This document shows, in pieces, positions 38,407-48,253 of a stretch of DNA of 64,000 nt (within the stretch, counting starts at the first letter, position 1; each line of letters begins with the position of its first letter). The stretch spans positions 1,210-65,209 of the forward strand of contig CAIXGR010000072.1 of NCBI GenBank assembly GCA_903919075.1, given 5' to 3'. Source of the stretch: an uncultured Bacteroidota bacterium. Its GTDB lineage: Bacteria; Bacteroidota; Bacteroidia; Chitinophagales; LD1. The notes below the pieces were generated by a model. It did no database searches. It was not told where the DNA came from and was given only the letters and a program-made list of their open reading frames with translations. The position numbers and the translations under genes were made by a program.

Positions 38407-39921
38407 ATGGAATCAGCAATTAAAGTTCCCCCAACTATAATAGTAATCTTCGGGGCCACCGGCGATTTAACATGGCGCAAACTAATACCGGCAATTTATA
38501 ATTTACATATAGATAAATGGACGCCCGATAATTTTTTAGTATTAGGTATTGGCCGTAAAGACTTAACCGACGCACAGTTCAACAAACATTTGCATGAAGG
38601 CGTAGATAAATTTAGCCGCCGGGGAAAAGCAAAAAAGAAAGATTGGGACGCCTTCGCCAAATGCGTTAACTACCATAAAGGCGAGGTTACAGATATTGCA
38701 ACTTACGAATATGTGGCGCGGCAAATTAAACTGTTAGAAAAAAAATGGGGTGGCCCGGTTAACCGGGTTCTATACATGGCAGTGCCACCGCAATATTTTG
38801 AACAGATAGCTGTAAAAATTGGCAAGGTAGGTTTAGCTAAAGATAAAAAGTTGAGCCGTGTTGTAATTGAAAAACCTTTCGGGCACGATTTGGAAAGCTC
38901 CAAACATTTAAATAATCTGCTTCACAATATGTTTGATGAAAGTCAGATTTATCGTATCGACCATTATCTGGGTAAAGAAACAGTTCAGAACATTCTAGCT
39001 TTCCGTTTTGCGAATGCTTTGTTTGAACCTATCTGGAATAGGAATTATATTGACAATGTGCAGATAACTGTTTCAGAACAATTAGGCGTTGAGAATCGAG
39101 GCAACTATTACGAAACTGCCGGTGCGCTACGCGATATGATTCAAAACCATATTCTACAGTTACTATGTTTAATTGCCATGGAGCCGCCCGTTTCGTTTAA
39201 TGCCGATGAAGTGCGCAATAGAAAAGTAGATGTGTTGAATGCTTTAAGAAAATTTAAACTTGAAGAAGTGCATAAATTTGCCGTGCGTGGTCAATATGGC
39301 GAAGGGTGGATAGAAGGGAAGAAAGTAAAAGGTTACCGGCAGGAACCTGATGTAAATAAAAAATCTACTAAGGAAACGTTCGCAGCTATTAAATTTTATA
39401 TTGATAACTGGCGCTGGCAGGGCGTTCCCTTCTATTTACGCACCGGTAAGCGCATGAACGAAACTATTTCAGCCATCACCATACAATTCAGCCCTGTACC
39501 ACATCAATCTTTTCCTTCGGAAGCTACCGGTAACTGGCAGCCGAACAGATTAGTGATGAATATTCAACCACACATGGGTATACGTCTTCGCTTCCAGGCA
39601 AAGCGTCCGGGATTGGAAATGTTGCTGTCGCCGGTGGATATGTTATTTGATTACGCCGAATCGTATACTTCCGGTACTCCAGAAGCATACGAGACTTTAC
39701 TATTAGATATTATGCAGGGCGATTCAACATTATTTATGCGTGCCGACCAAGTTGAAGCCGCATGGGATATTTTAATGCCAATAATTAAAGCGTGGGAAAA
39801 TAGTCCGTCGGTAAACTTCCCCAACTATGCTGCCGGAATGCAGGGGCCTGAAGATGCTGAAGCATTGATTGCAAAAGATGGTCACAACTGGATAGTAATG
39901 CCACCAGATAATGAAGAATAA
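38407..39921 (+). CDS. zwf: Glucose-6-phosphate 1-dehydrogenase
   Basis: [43 protein letters not shown] at 38407 just after the gnd stop (the track starts at 38383). Confidence 0.97.
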   Translation: MESAIKVPPTIIVIFGATGDLTWRKLIPAIYNLHIDKWTPDNFLVLGIGRKDLTDAQFNKHLHEGVDKFSRRGKAKKKDWDAFAKCVNYHKGEVTDIATYEYVARQIKLLEKKWGGPVNRVLYMAVPPQYFEQIAVKIGKVGLAKDKKLSRVVIEKPFGHDLESSKHLNNLLHNMFDESQIYRIDHYLGKETVQNILAFRFANALFEPIWNRNYIDNVQITVSEQLGVENRGNYYETAGALRDMIQNHILQLLCLIAMEPPVSFNADEVRNRKVDVLNALRKFKLEEVHKFAVRGQYGEGWIEGKKVKGYRQEPDVNKKSTKETFAAIKFYIDNWRWQGVPFYLRTGKRMNETISAITIQFSPVPHQSFPSEATGNWQPNRLVMNIQPHMGIRLRFQAKRPGLEMLLSPVDMLFDYAESYTSGTPEAYETLLLDIMQGDSTLFMRADQVEAAWDILMPIIKAWENSPSVNFPNYAAGMQGPEDAEALIAKDGHNWIVMPPDNEE

Positions 39922-40655
39922 TGGGCGCTAAAAACAATTTACAGGTATTCGAAACTATCGACGCATTAACTGAAGCAGCCGCTAATTTAATTATTGATTT
40001 TGCTCAGAACACTATTCAGCAAAGAGGCAGATTTGCATTATGCCTCTCCGGTGGGCGTACTCCCGAAAAATTGTATTCGCTTTTAGCTCAACCACAGTTT
40101 CAAAACAAAATAAATTGGGCCAAAACTTTTGTATTTTGGGGAGATGAACGTTGTGTTCCGTTAGACGATAAACAGAACAATGCCCTGATGGCAAAATTGT
40201 TACTGCTTGATAAAGTTAAAATACCGGTTGGAAATATTTTCCCTATACCGGTTAACCTATCCCCTGCCGAAGCTGCAAAAGCTTACGAAAAAAGCCTCCA
40301 CGATTTCTTTGGTAAAAACGAACCCAGCTTTGATTTAATATTATTAGGATTAGGCGAAAACGCTCACACTGCTTCTCTCTTTCCCGATACAGAGGTTATT
40401 CATGAACTAAAACATTGGGTTAAGGAAGTGTATGTTGACGAAGTAAAAATGTTTCGCGTAACTATGACTGCACCTCTTATCAATAAAGCGCACAATATTG
40501 CATTTTTAGTTACCGGTGCTGAAAAAGCTGAAGTAATGAAAACCATATTGAAGGCGCCATTTGAACCTGATAAATACCCAGCACAACTCATTAAGCCTGA
40601 GCAAGGAAGCCTGTATTGGTTGGCAGATAAGGGCGCAGCAGCATTATGCTTATAG
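39921..40655 (+). CDS. pgl: 6-phosphogluconolactonase (DevB/Pgl type)
   Basis: LSGGRTP, FWGDERCVP, FDLILLGLGENAHTASLFP, RVTMTAP; 1-bp overlap with the zwf stop. Confidence 0.95.
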   Translation: MGAKNNLQVFETIDALTEAAANLIIDFAQNTIQQRGRFALCLSGGRTPEKLYSLLAQPQFQNKINWAKTFVFWGDERCVPLDDKQNNALMAKLLLLDKVKIPVGNIFPIPVNLSPAEAAKAYEKSLHDFFGKNEPSFDLILLGLGENAHTASLFPDTEVIHELKHWVKEVYVDEVKMFRVTMTAPLINKAHNIAFLVTGAEKAEVMKTILKAPFEPDKYPAQLIKPEQGSLYWLADKGAAALCL

Positions 40656-40807
40656 CATGGTTTTGCTTTACAAATTTCAAAAACGTTTCTTGTTTTCACC
40701 AGCTTTTTGAATTATCTTCACTAACCAACTTTTATTTGCATCCATTTTTAAAAAATATTCGTCTTTAAATAACATAATTTTTTGAATCAAAACATATTTC
40801 ACCCATT

Positions 40808-42316
40808 ATGAAAAGTTTCTTTACACTTTGTTTATTGTTTGTGGCAGGTACTTCTCTTTTCGCACAACTAGAAATAGATCATCCGATTCAATTAACCGGT
40901 AACGGTGCAAACGCAAAAATTAGCGGTATTCAAGATGTAACTGATGCACAAGATGCTATGAGCGTGCAATCCCTGCAAAAAGGTGGGTTTATATTTTCAA
41001 CGTCTACCGGTTCAGGTAATGCTTTCAATCTTAGCCTCTCTCCCCCTATTACCTCATATCAAAAGGGCATGGTTTTTAATTTTATTTCAAACCAATCTAT
41101 TACTGGGGCTTCAACTTTAAATATCAATAACCTTGGTACTGTATCTATAAAGAAAAATTTTAATCACGATTTGGACGGCTGCGAAATACAAAACGGGCAA
41201 GCAGTAACTGTTGTATATGATGGCACCAATTTTCAAATGACCTCAACGCCTTATCCTGGCATTTTACCTACAACGGCTAATGCCGGCCCTGACCAGACCA
41301 ACGCACCAAACCCTGCTACACTTGCAGCTAATGCGCCTACTAATGGCACCGGTGCTTGGAGCGTTGTAACCGGAAGTGGCGGCTCTTTTTCGGATTTATT
41401 TAGTCCCACCAGTACGTTTTCAGGGCAATTAGGTAGCTCTTACGTATTGCGTTGGACTATAACTTCTCAATGTGGCACCAGTACTTCTGATGTCCATATT
41501 TCAATTGCTAATTACACACCCGGCTCTCAAACATTTACTTCATTGGGCGGCCCAACCAATTTCACAGTTCCTGCCGGTGTTAGTTCTGTAACCATCGAAT
41601 GTTGGGGCGCGCAAGGCGGCACCGGAAACGGAAGCCAACCAGGTGGTTTAGGCGGCTATGCCAAGGGCACTTTAAGCGTTCAATCAGGTTCAACTTTATA
41701 TGTATATGTAGGTGGCCAAAACGGCACCAACGGCGGGGGAACCGGCAGTACAACCGGTGGCTACGGAGGTGGCGAATCTGATGTGCGCCAGGGTGGAACA
41801 GCATATGCAAACTGGGTAATAGTAGCCGGCGGTGGTGGTGGTGGTTCATACGGTGGTGGTGCTGCAGGTGGTGCAGGTGGCGGTGGAAGCAGTTGTGCAA
41901 ATGGAGTAGGCGGTGCAGGTGGCACATCTCAATCACCTCAATATGGAGCACCGGGCGGTCCAGGCACTTGCACCAGTGGAGGTACCGGTGGTAGTTCTTA
42001 CGGTGGTTGGACCGGTGGTGGTGGTGGTGGCGGACTTACCAGCGGAGGTACCGGTAGCGGGGGTGGTGGATATGGTAATACTGCCGGCACAGGTACACAA
42101 GGCGTGGGTGGCGATCGTGGAGTTAATACCGGATATAGCTGCAATTCGGGTTGTGGTGGCGGAGGCGGTTACTACGGAGGCGGCGGAAGTAGCGACGGAC
42201 AATGCGCTGCCGGTAGCGGTGGCGGCGGGTCATCATGGGCATCAAACGCTATGACTAATTTAAGCTTTTCAGGAGGCACTCAATCCGGAAATGGCAAGGT
42301 TACTATTACCTGGTAA
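40808..42316 (+). CDS. Secreted protein: neck-like motif, phage-tail-fibre-like module, PKD-like domain and C-terminal glycine-rich (ALK/LTK GRD-like) domain
   Basis: Signal peptide; KISGIQDVTDAQDAMSVQSLQ; TGSGNAFNLSLSPPITSYQKGM...TGASTLNINNLG...VVYDGTNFQM; ANAGPDQ...YVLRWTIT; FTVPAGVSSVTIECWGAQGG...SDVRQGG...IVAGGGGG...GGGGGYYGGGG...GNGKVTITW. Confidence 0.85.
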   Translation: MKSFFTLCLLFVAGTSLFAQLEIDHPIQLTGNGANAKISGIQDVTDAQDAMSVQSLQKGGFIFSTSTGSGNAFNLSLSPPITSYQKGMVFNFISNQSITGASTLNINNLGTVSIKKNFNHDLDGCEIQNGQAVTVVYDGTNFQMTSTPYPGILPTTANAGPDQTNAPNPATLAANAPTNGTGAWSVVTGSGGSFSDLFSPTSTFSGQLGSSYVLRWTITSQCGTSTSDVHISIANYTPGSQTFTSLGGPTNFTVPAGVSSVTIECWGAQGGTGNGSQPGGLGGYAKGTLSVQSGSTLYVYVGGQNGTNGGGTGSTTGGYGGGESDVRQGGTAYANWVIVAGGGGGGSYGGGAAGGAGGGGSSCANGVGGAGGTSQSPQYGAPGGPGTCTSGGTGGSSYGGWTGGGGGGGLTSGGTGSGGGGYGNTAGTGTQGVGGDRGVNTGYSCNSGCGGGGGYYGGGGSSDGQCAAGSGGGGSSWASNAMTNLSFSGGTQSGNGKVTITW

Positions 42317-42344
42317 TAGTTTTGAAATAAATTTCAAAACTATT
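42315..42344. terminator. Bidirectional hairpin between convergent genes (AATAGTTTTGAAAT-aa-ATTTCAAAACTATT)
   Basis: Perfect 14-bp arms spanning the whole gap between the 42316 and 42344 stops. AT-rich, so its strength is uncertain. Confidence 0.6.
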
Positions 42345-43006
42345 TATGTGGCCGCTAAGGCCACTATATCTTTTACTTCTAAAATTTGCTTTTCATAGCC
42401 TTTAGTAACTGAGTTTATCATTGCCAAGCCCAACTCTTTTAAAGTAGAAACATGCTTGGGGAATACCGCACGTAATAGCGGGTATGCCCATGTAATATAT
42501 TTGTAATATTTATTGGTGTTTCTCATGCCCGGCTTGGGGTGCATATAACCCGGACGGAAATTATATGCTTTCTTAAAAGGTAATTTCATTAAATCATTTT
42601 CCGTTTTTCCTTTTACACGTGCCCACATTATTTTTCCTTTTTCAGTACTATCCGTACTTCCTCCTGAAACAAAACAGAATGTCATATCCGGATTCAACGT
42701 ACTTAGGATTTTAGCAACACTCATCGTTAGCGTATAGGTTACCTTATAATAATCTACTTCTGACATGCCGACAGATGATGTTCCCAAACAGAAAAAACAT
42801 GCATTATAACCACTAAGTTGTCCTTCAATTCCTGAAAGGTTATAAAAATCAGCAACTATAATTTCCTTCAATTTCGGATGTTTTATACCATATGGCTTTC
42901 TGCCCAGTAATAAAACTTCCTCTACATGCATATTATTTAAACACTCATGCAATACACCCTCTCCTACCATACCTGTTGCGCCTGTTACTATTGCTTTTAT
43001 TTTCAT
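42344..43006 (-). CDS. NAD(P)-binding epimerase/dehydratase-like protein (atypical SDR, CC3/TIP30-like)
   Basis: VTGATGMVGEGVL, ACFFCLG, WARVKGKTEN, FRPG. Confidence 0.88.
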   Translation of the reverse strand: MKIKAIVTGATGMVGEGVLHECLNNMHVEEVLLLGRKPYGIKHPKLKEIIVADFYNLSGIEGQLSGYNACFFCLGTSSVGMSEVDYYKVTYTLTMSVAKILSTLNPDMTFCFVSGGSTDSTEKGKIMWARVKGKTENDLMKLPFKKAYNFRPGYMHPKPGMRNTNKYYKYITWAYPLLRAVFPKHVSTLKELGLAMINSVTKGYEKQILEVKDIVALAAT

Positions 43007-43172
43007 TATTAATAATTTATTTGAAAAACTCCTGCTATCTAAGACGAGATAGACTGCTTATAATTGTATGTAAAAATAGTTTTCTCCTGCTTCCTTTTAT
43101 TTTCCACCAGGGCAACCATTACTTTACAAAACAAAACTTTCCTTAGCTTCGCGGCAAATAACAACCCCAAAA

Positions 43173-43259
43173 GGAAAGATGCCAGAGTGGTTGAATGGAA
43201 CAGTCTCGAAAACTGTCTTACTCGCAAGGGTAACGAGGGTTCGAATCCCTCTCTTTCCG
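43173..43259 (+). tRNA. tRNA-Ser (anticodon CGA)
   Basis: Acceptor stem GGAAAGA/TCTTTCC with discriminator G; D-arm GCCAGAGTGGTTGAATGG; anticodon arm ACAGT-CTCGAAA-ACTGT; long variable arm; T-arm GAGGG-TTCGAAT-CCCTC. CCA is not encoded. Confidence 0.96.
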
Positions 43260-43379
43260 CAACTAATATTCAACGCCAATTTGTGAAACCGTAATCTGGA
43301 AGATGTTTATTTCAAAAATGCGAAACAAGTTTTTTTACCTGCTTATTATTTTGCATTCAGCAATTACAAACCAGTAGAA

Positions 43380-44501
43380 TTAATTTCTAAAAACGCTGGC
43401 AGGTTCAACCCTAATTATTCTTCTTATTGCAGCAATAACCCCTAGAAAGGAAATTACAAGAGTAATAACAGCAAATGCAATATACATAGCAAATGAATAA
43501 GTAAATGCTACACCGGCATTGGCTATGCCTATTCTAAATGCTTCCATAAGCAATAAGCCGATAAAGTACCCGGTAATTGCGAAAATTGCAGCTTGTAGTA
43601 ATATCAAATTTCGTACGTTAGCATTAGTAGCGCCAATAGCCTTAAGTATGGCATAATCTTTTAATCTATCGGTAGCGGCCGAATATAATGTTAGGCCAAT
43701 AATAACACTGCCGGCAATAATGGCAAATATTATTAGCGTTCCTATAGAGGTAGCAATTCCACTTGAAGACAAAACTGTATTTACTGTTTCTTTCGAAAAG
43801 CCTTTGCGGGTCCAGGCTTTAACACCAAAAAGGTTTTTGTTGATTTGTCCTACCAATTCATCCTGATTATACCCACTATCTGCCTTTACTAAATACGCAC
43901 TTACTTTTTGATTAGGAAAGTTGCCATAGTAGCGGGCACGCTCGATAGTGGTAAATACATAAGCGGCGCCAAAACCCCGCGCACCTTTGGTTTGCAAAGC
44001 TACATATGCACGCTTACCCGAAATCTCGAAACTAGAACCTAAACCGATTCCCCCAAGTATGGCTTGGTCATACACCTCAGTAGTTACAGCATTATCGTTC
44101 AACAAATCATTTTTGGTGCCACTTGTTAGCCCCCACGGCCCACCTACAAATGCTGGCGCCTGAGAGCCCACTAGAGTAACACCTGCAGATGTTCCATTTT
44201 GAAATTTTGCAGCTGCGCCGGCAATAACCAGCGGATAAACATGTGCCACGCCAGGCAGCATAGCTATTTCGCGCTGATACCTGCCGTCAATTTGTCCCAA
44301 GGCGTTAATGTTTGTAGTTCTGTTATCTACTACCCATATATCGGTGTCAATATTATCTACCAAGTTTGCCATGGCCCCTGTAAGAAAAATAAAAATGCCT
44401 GTTTGCTGTCCAATCAAAAAAATACTAATTACCACGCCAAAAAGTGCACCAATACTTTTTGGCTTATCGTACATAATAAAACGCCATGCAGTTTTAAACA
44501 T
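43380..44501 (-). CDS. ABC transporter permease (DevC/FtsX-like)
   Basis: AWRFIMYDK.KS, IIGLTLYSAATDRLKDYAILKAIGA, EPASVFR. ATG at 44501. Confidence 0.9.
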   Translation of the reverse strand: MFKTAWRFIMYDKPKSIGALFGVVISIFLIGQQTGIFIFLTGAMANLVDNIDTDIWVVDNRTTNINALGQIDGRYQREIAMLPGVAHVYPLVIAGAAAKFQNGTSAGVTLVGSQAPAFVGGPWGLTSGTKNDLLNDNAVTTEVYDQAILGGIGLGSSFEISGKRAYVALQTKGARGFGAAYVFTTIERARYYGNFPNQKVSAYLVKADSGYNQDELVGQINKNLFGVKAWTRKGFSKETVNTVLSSSGIATSIGTLIIFAIIAGSVIIGLTLYSAATDRLKDYAILKAIGATNANVRNLILLQAAIFAITGYFIGLLLMEAFRIGIANAGVAFTYSFAMYIAFAVITLVISFLGVIAAIRRIIRVEPASVFRN

Positions 44502-44502
44502 A

Positions 44503-45432
44503 TTACTCAACAGTTATTACAGCCTCAACCCTTGAATTAATTAATAAGGGTTGTAATCCTTTCAGTTTTATTCTTACTTCTCTTACTCGGCGATCCTCCA
44601 TGTTGCTGCTTTCGTCGCTAAATATTGATTTCTTCTTTAAATAATTACTCAGATAAATAATTTCTCCTTCATCCAGTTTATCATCCATCCCTTCGGTTCT
44701 AATAATTGCCTTTTGTCCAAGTTTAAGTTTCTTAACCAATAACTCATCCACCTCGCATATTACCGTTGCATCAGCTTCAGGCGCAAAATCGAAAAGCGCT
44801 TTACCGGTGCTTACCGGGCTGCCTTCGGTTAAATCCATATTCATTACAATTCCGTTGTACGGTGCCACAACCTTTCTACGTCTTACATCAGCAGCGGCAA
44901 CCGCTATATCAGCTTTTATTTCTTCAATTTTGTTTTGCTCTGAGGCTAGTGCAGCATTTAGTCGCTCTACCTCCAATTTTGCCTGATCATAATCACTTTG
45001 AGCATTATCAAGATTTTGCTTGGTTTCTGCTTCGCTTGCGTACATGTTCGTACTTCTTTCCAATTTTGTTTTCAGGTTGGCCTCTTTAATGTGTGCCTGG
45101 CCTATTTGTGCCCTAAAATTTTTAATATCATCCAATTGGGTAGCCATTTTTGCCTGCGCCTGGGTTAGCTTTGAATCTTCGTAGTCGTGCGTTAGTTCAA
45201 TAATTACATTTCCTTTTTGTACGGTATCTCCCTCGTGGTAGTATATCTTTTTTATAATACCTCCGGTTTCTGCTCCAACCTGTGCAATTTTTGTTTCAGG
45301 TTCAACTCTTCCCAGTGCAATTATTTTTTGCGGGCCGTTGCTTATTACCGGTGGGTCACTTTGATTATTACTTTTGTTTTTACAAGCCGGCAACAGAAAC
45401 AAAACTAACAGAAAGGCATATAGGCGAGTCAT
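44503..45432 (-). CDS. HlyD/DevB-like periplasmic adaptor lipoprotein
   Basis: Lipobox LLPA-C after ATG 45432 (alternative start 45471); ALGRVEP, coiled coil, VVAPYNG, DRRVREVRI. Confidence 0.88.
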   Translation of the reverse strand: MTRLYAFLLVLFLLPACKNKSNNQSDPPVISNGPQKIIALGRVEPETKIAQVGAETGGIIKKIYYHEGDTVQKGNVIIELTHDYEDSKLTQAQAKMATQLDDIKNFRAQIGQAHIKEANLKTKLERSTNMYASEAETKQNLDNAQSDYDQAKLEVERLNAALASEQNKIEEIKADIAVAAADVRRRKVVAPYNGIVMNMDLTEGSPVSTGKALFDFAPEADATVICEVDELLVKKLKLGQKAIIRTEGMDDKLDEGEIIYLSNYLKKKSIFSDESSNMEDRRVREVRIKLKGLQPLLINSRVEAVITVE

Positions 45433-45442
45433 AAGCGTATTT

Positions 45443-46135
45443 TTATACTGAATTACTTTCACTTGTTTCATTTATAATTTTACCATCAGCAACCTCAACA
45501 ATGCGGTTGGCGTAAGGCCTTAAACGCTGATCATGCGAAACCACAACTACTGCTTTTCCTTTCTTGGCCAAGTCTTTAAGATGTTCCATTACAACAGTTG
45601 CCGATTTCGAATCAAGCGAAGCAGTAGGTTCATCACACAAAATAAGCGGTGCATTTGTAACTAATGCCCGCGCTATTGCCACCCGTTGCTGCTCGCCGCC
45701 CGACAACATTTTGGGTAAAGACGAAACCCGGTGCTCCATATCCAACAACTTTAAAGCTTCATGTGCTCGCTGGGCAGCAATCTTCGAATTCACTTTTTGC
45801 AACATAAGTGGCAGCATCACATTGTCCAAAACATTTAGAGGCGCTATAAGGTTAAAACTTTGAAATACAAAACCAATACTGTTTAACCGAAGATGAGCCA
45901 GGTCATTATCAACCAATTTTTCGGTATAGGTATTATTTAGATTAACGTGCCCCTGGGTGGGATAAATAACACAGCCCAATAAAGATAAAAGTGTGGTTTT
46001 ACCTGAACCTGATGGCCCAATAATAAGCACTAATTCTCCGGTTGATACGCTAAAATCGGTGGGATACAGAGCAACTACTTCTGTGTCGCCGCTTTTATAT
46101 TTTTTTGAAGCTCCTTCTAAATATGCAATTTTCAC
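45443..46135 (-). CDS. ABC transporter ATP-binding protein (DevA/LolD-like)
   Basis: GPSGSGKT, LSGGEQQRVAIARAL, LCDEPTASLD, VSHD. Likely GTG start at 46135 (the track starts at 46204). Confidence 0.93.
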   Translation of the reverse strand: MKIAYLEGASKKYKSGDTEVVALYPTDFSVSTGELVLIIGPSGSGKTTLLSLLGCVIYPTQGHVNLNNTYTEKLVDNDLAHLRLNSIGFVFQSFNLIAPLNVLDNVMLPLMLQKVNSKIAAQRAHEALKLLDMEHRVSSLPKMLSGGEQQRVAIARALVTNAPLILCDEPTASLDSKSATVVMEHLKDLAKKGKAVVVVSHDQRLRPYANRIVEVADGKIINETSESNSV

Positions 46136-46218
46136 TATTACAAAAAAAGCACAATATTTAATAGTGCAGTAATATAATTTCGCATTTAATTTAATCTCAA
46201 TCAAAAAATACGTGCTGG

Positions 46219-47280
46219 TTATAGTTTGCCTGTTTCGTAATCAGGACGAATTAACCAGCTTTTATGATTGACTTTTCTTAAAACCAATACAGAGAAAAAG
46301 AAAATAGTTGTAATTACGGTTATTGCACCTATGGCCCAAGCCGGAACAATATTTGTAAGATTTACTAATAATCCATCATGCCCAAACTGGCCAAACCCGA
46401 ATAAAATTGGAATACGGTACCAATAATATGTTGAAACTGCAGTTGCGGCAAATATGCTTATCAGCATGCGCTCACTTTTTTTGCCCCAGTATTCTTTCAA
46501 TATGGAATAGATAGTAAAAGTTACAGCCAAACCAGCAAAAGGCAATTTATACACGTCAATAACATGACTTAAAGTAATAACTCCTGTATAATCAGGCACC
46601 TGAAACCAGCCCCATATAAAACCGGGCAATCCGCCAATAGTTAGTAATGCACTCAACCTGTTGTAAACAGTTTTTTTAACTGCCGCCGGGTGAATATTGG
46701 GGGTTGAATCAGGACAAGGTACTGAGCATTTAGCGCATTGAGTGCAATGAGCGTTTGGAAAAGTAATGATGGCATTACTGCCATAAAATTTTTCAACCGG
46801 GTGAACAGGGCACAGCGAGGCACACCAACCACTTTTCCAGTTGTAAATAAACCCCAACACAATTGCTGTTACTGCAGTGGGTATTAACAACATTAAAGTT
46901 GCGTTGCCATTGCTGTTAAGTAATAAATGCCGTAAAGGCACAATTATGTATAACAAACAGATAGCAACCAACTGAAGCTGGCTCTGTAGCTGTCGGGGCA
47001 TTTCCATTTCTTTCGAAAGGTTTAAATGGCGGGGAAGTAAAGCAGTGCTGGCCAGTGGGCAAATATTGCGCCACAAACCCGGTGCCACTACAAATAAAGC
47101 AGGCGCCACAGGTATTAAAATATTCCATAATATTAGCAATCCTACTTGCGGATAAAACAGCAAGCATATTAAAATTGCAAGCGCTGCCACCAACATTAAT
47201 ACCTGAATAAAACGCCAAATAGCCCAATATTTTACCGGCAACGAACTATTGGGCTTAAATGAAACAGAACTGACGGGCAT
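46219..47280 (-). CDS. Polytopic membrane protein with Fe-S-type Cys motifs (NapH/YccM/NosR-like ferredoxin segment)
   Basis: About eight hydrophobic segments; WRNICPL, WCASLCPVHPVE, CTQCAKCSVPCPD. Confidence 0.75.
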   Translation of the reverse strand: MPVSSVSFKPNSSLPVKYWAIWRFIQVLMLVAALAILICLLFYPQVGLLILWNILIPVAPALFVVAPGLWRNICPLASTALLPRHLNLSKEMEMPRQLQSQLQLVAICLLYIIVPLRHLLLNSNGNATLMLLIPTAVTAIVLGFIYNWKSGWCASLCPVHPVEKFYGSNAIITFPNAHCTQCAKCSVPCPDSTPNIHPAAVKKTVYNRLSALLTIGGLPGFIWGWFQVPDYTGVITLSHVIDVYKLPFAGLAVTFTIYSILKEYWGKKSERMLISIFAATAVSTYYWYRIPILFGFGQFGHDGLLVNLTNIVPAWAIGAITVITTIFFFSVLVLRKVNHKSWLIRPDYETGKL

Positions 47281-47473
47281 AAATATTTTTTTATTGCCGG
47301 TTTTATTAAATTAATCTTCTGAAAATAAAACAGCCATGTTTGCTATCAACAAAACAATAATATAATGATTCAAAAACCAATGATTATTGTCAGGTTCTGC
47401 TAGCTTTATGTTATGTTTAAATAGTTTTTTGCTCTAAATTTTAACAGAAAAGCTTATATTCAAAAAAATACTT

Positions 47474-48169
47474 ATGGCGCACCATCACGAAGAACACTTT
47501 CAAAGTACCAATTTTGTAAAAGATATAGTTATAGGAATGGCCGATGGGCTTACAGTGCCGTTTGCCTTGGCAGCGGGGTTAAGTGGCGCGGTTGATTCCA
47601 GCACTATTATTGTAACAGCAGGCATTGCTGAAATTGCAGCAGGTAGTATTGCCATGGGCCTGGGCGGCTACCTTGCAGGACGAACCGAAGTAGACCATTA
47701 CAACTCGGAACTAGCTCGCGAGTATATGGAAGTTGAACAATTTCCGGATAAGGAAAGAGAGGAGGTAATAGAAGTGCTGGAACAATTTGGCGTTGAAAAT
47801 AAAATGAGCCGCGCCATTACCGAAGAAATGGCAAAAGACAAAGAGAAGTGGGTGCAATTTATGATGCGCTTTGAGTTGGGCCTTGAAAAGCCCGACGAAA
47901 AACGTGCAACTAAAAGCGCTTTCAACATAGGCGTTGCATACATCATTGGTGGCTTTGTTCCACTTGCGCCATATATTTTTGATAAAAGTGCGCACGAAGC
48001 GTTGCTTATATCTGTAGGTGTTACATTAGTTGCGCTTTTTATATTCGGCTTTTTAAAGGCCAAAGCTACCGGGCAACCACAATGGGGTGGGGCAATTAAA
48101 ACCATGCTTATTGGCGCACTTGCGGCCTCAGTAGCTTTTGGATTAGCCAAATTAATACAGGGCATTTAA
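47474..48169 (+). CDS. VIT1/CCC1 family Fe/Mn transporter
   Basis: KDIVIGMADGLTVPFALAAGLSG, EIAAGSIAMGLGGYLA, FMMRFELGL; N-terminal HHHEEH. Confidence 0.93.
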   Translation: MAHHHEEHFQSTNFVKDIVIGMADGLTVPFALAAGLSGAVDSSTIIVTAGIAEIAAGSIAMGLGGYLAGRTEVDHYNSELAREYMEVEQFPDKEREEVIEVLEQFGVENKMSRAITEEMAKDKEKWVQFMMRFELGLEKPDEKRATKSAFNIGVAYIIGGFVPLAPYIFDKSAHEALLISVGVTLVALFIFGFLKAKATGQPQWGGAIKTMLIGALAASVAFGLAKLIQGI

Positions 48170-48253
48170 CACAGTGAGCAACTTTTCTTATAAATACTAT
48201 CATCGAATTTTTATTTTCGACAACCTAAAAATTGCATAATAATAGTTTGCCAT

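Noticed and set aside
43039-43294. Small ORFs 43039..43227, 43064..43294 and 42892..43146
   Set aside because: They overlap the tRNA and its promoter and have no protein-like features.
43173-47280. Genomic island integrated at tRNA-Ser
   Set aside because: No integrase, no duplicated tRNA 3' end seen, and the ACCGGT/CCGG signature continues through the region.
47355-47395. Fur-box-like AATGATT repeats upstream of the VIT1 gene
   Set aside because: The best alignment matches only about 10 of 14 positions of the 7-1-7 consensus in very AT-rich DNA, which is not distinguishable from chance.
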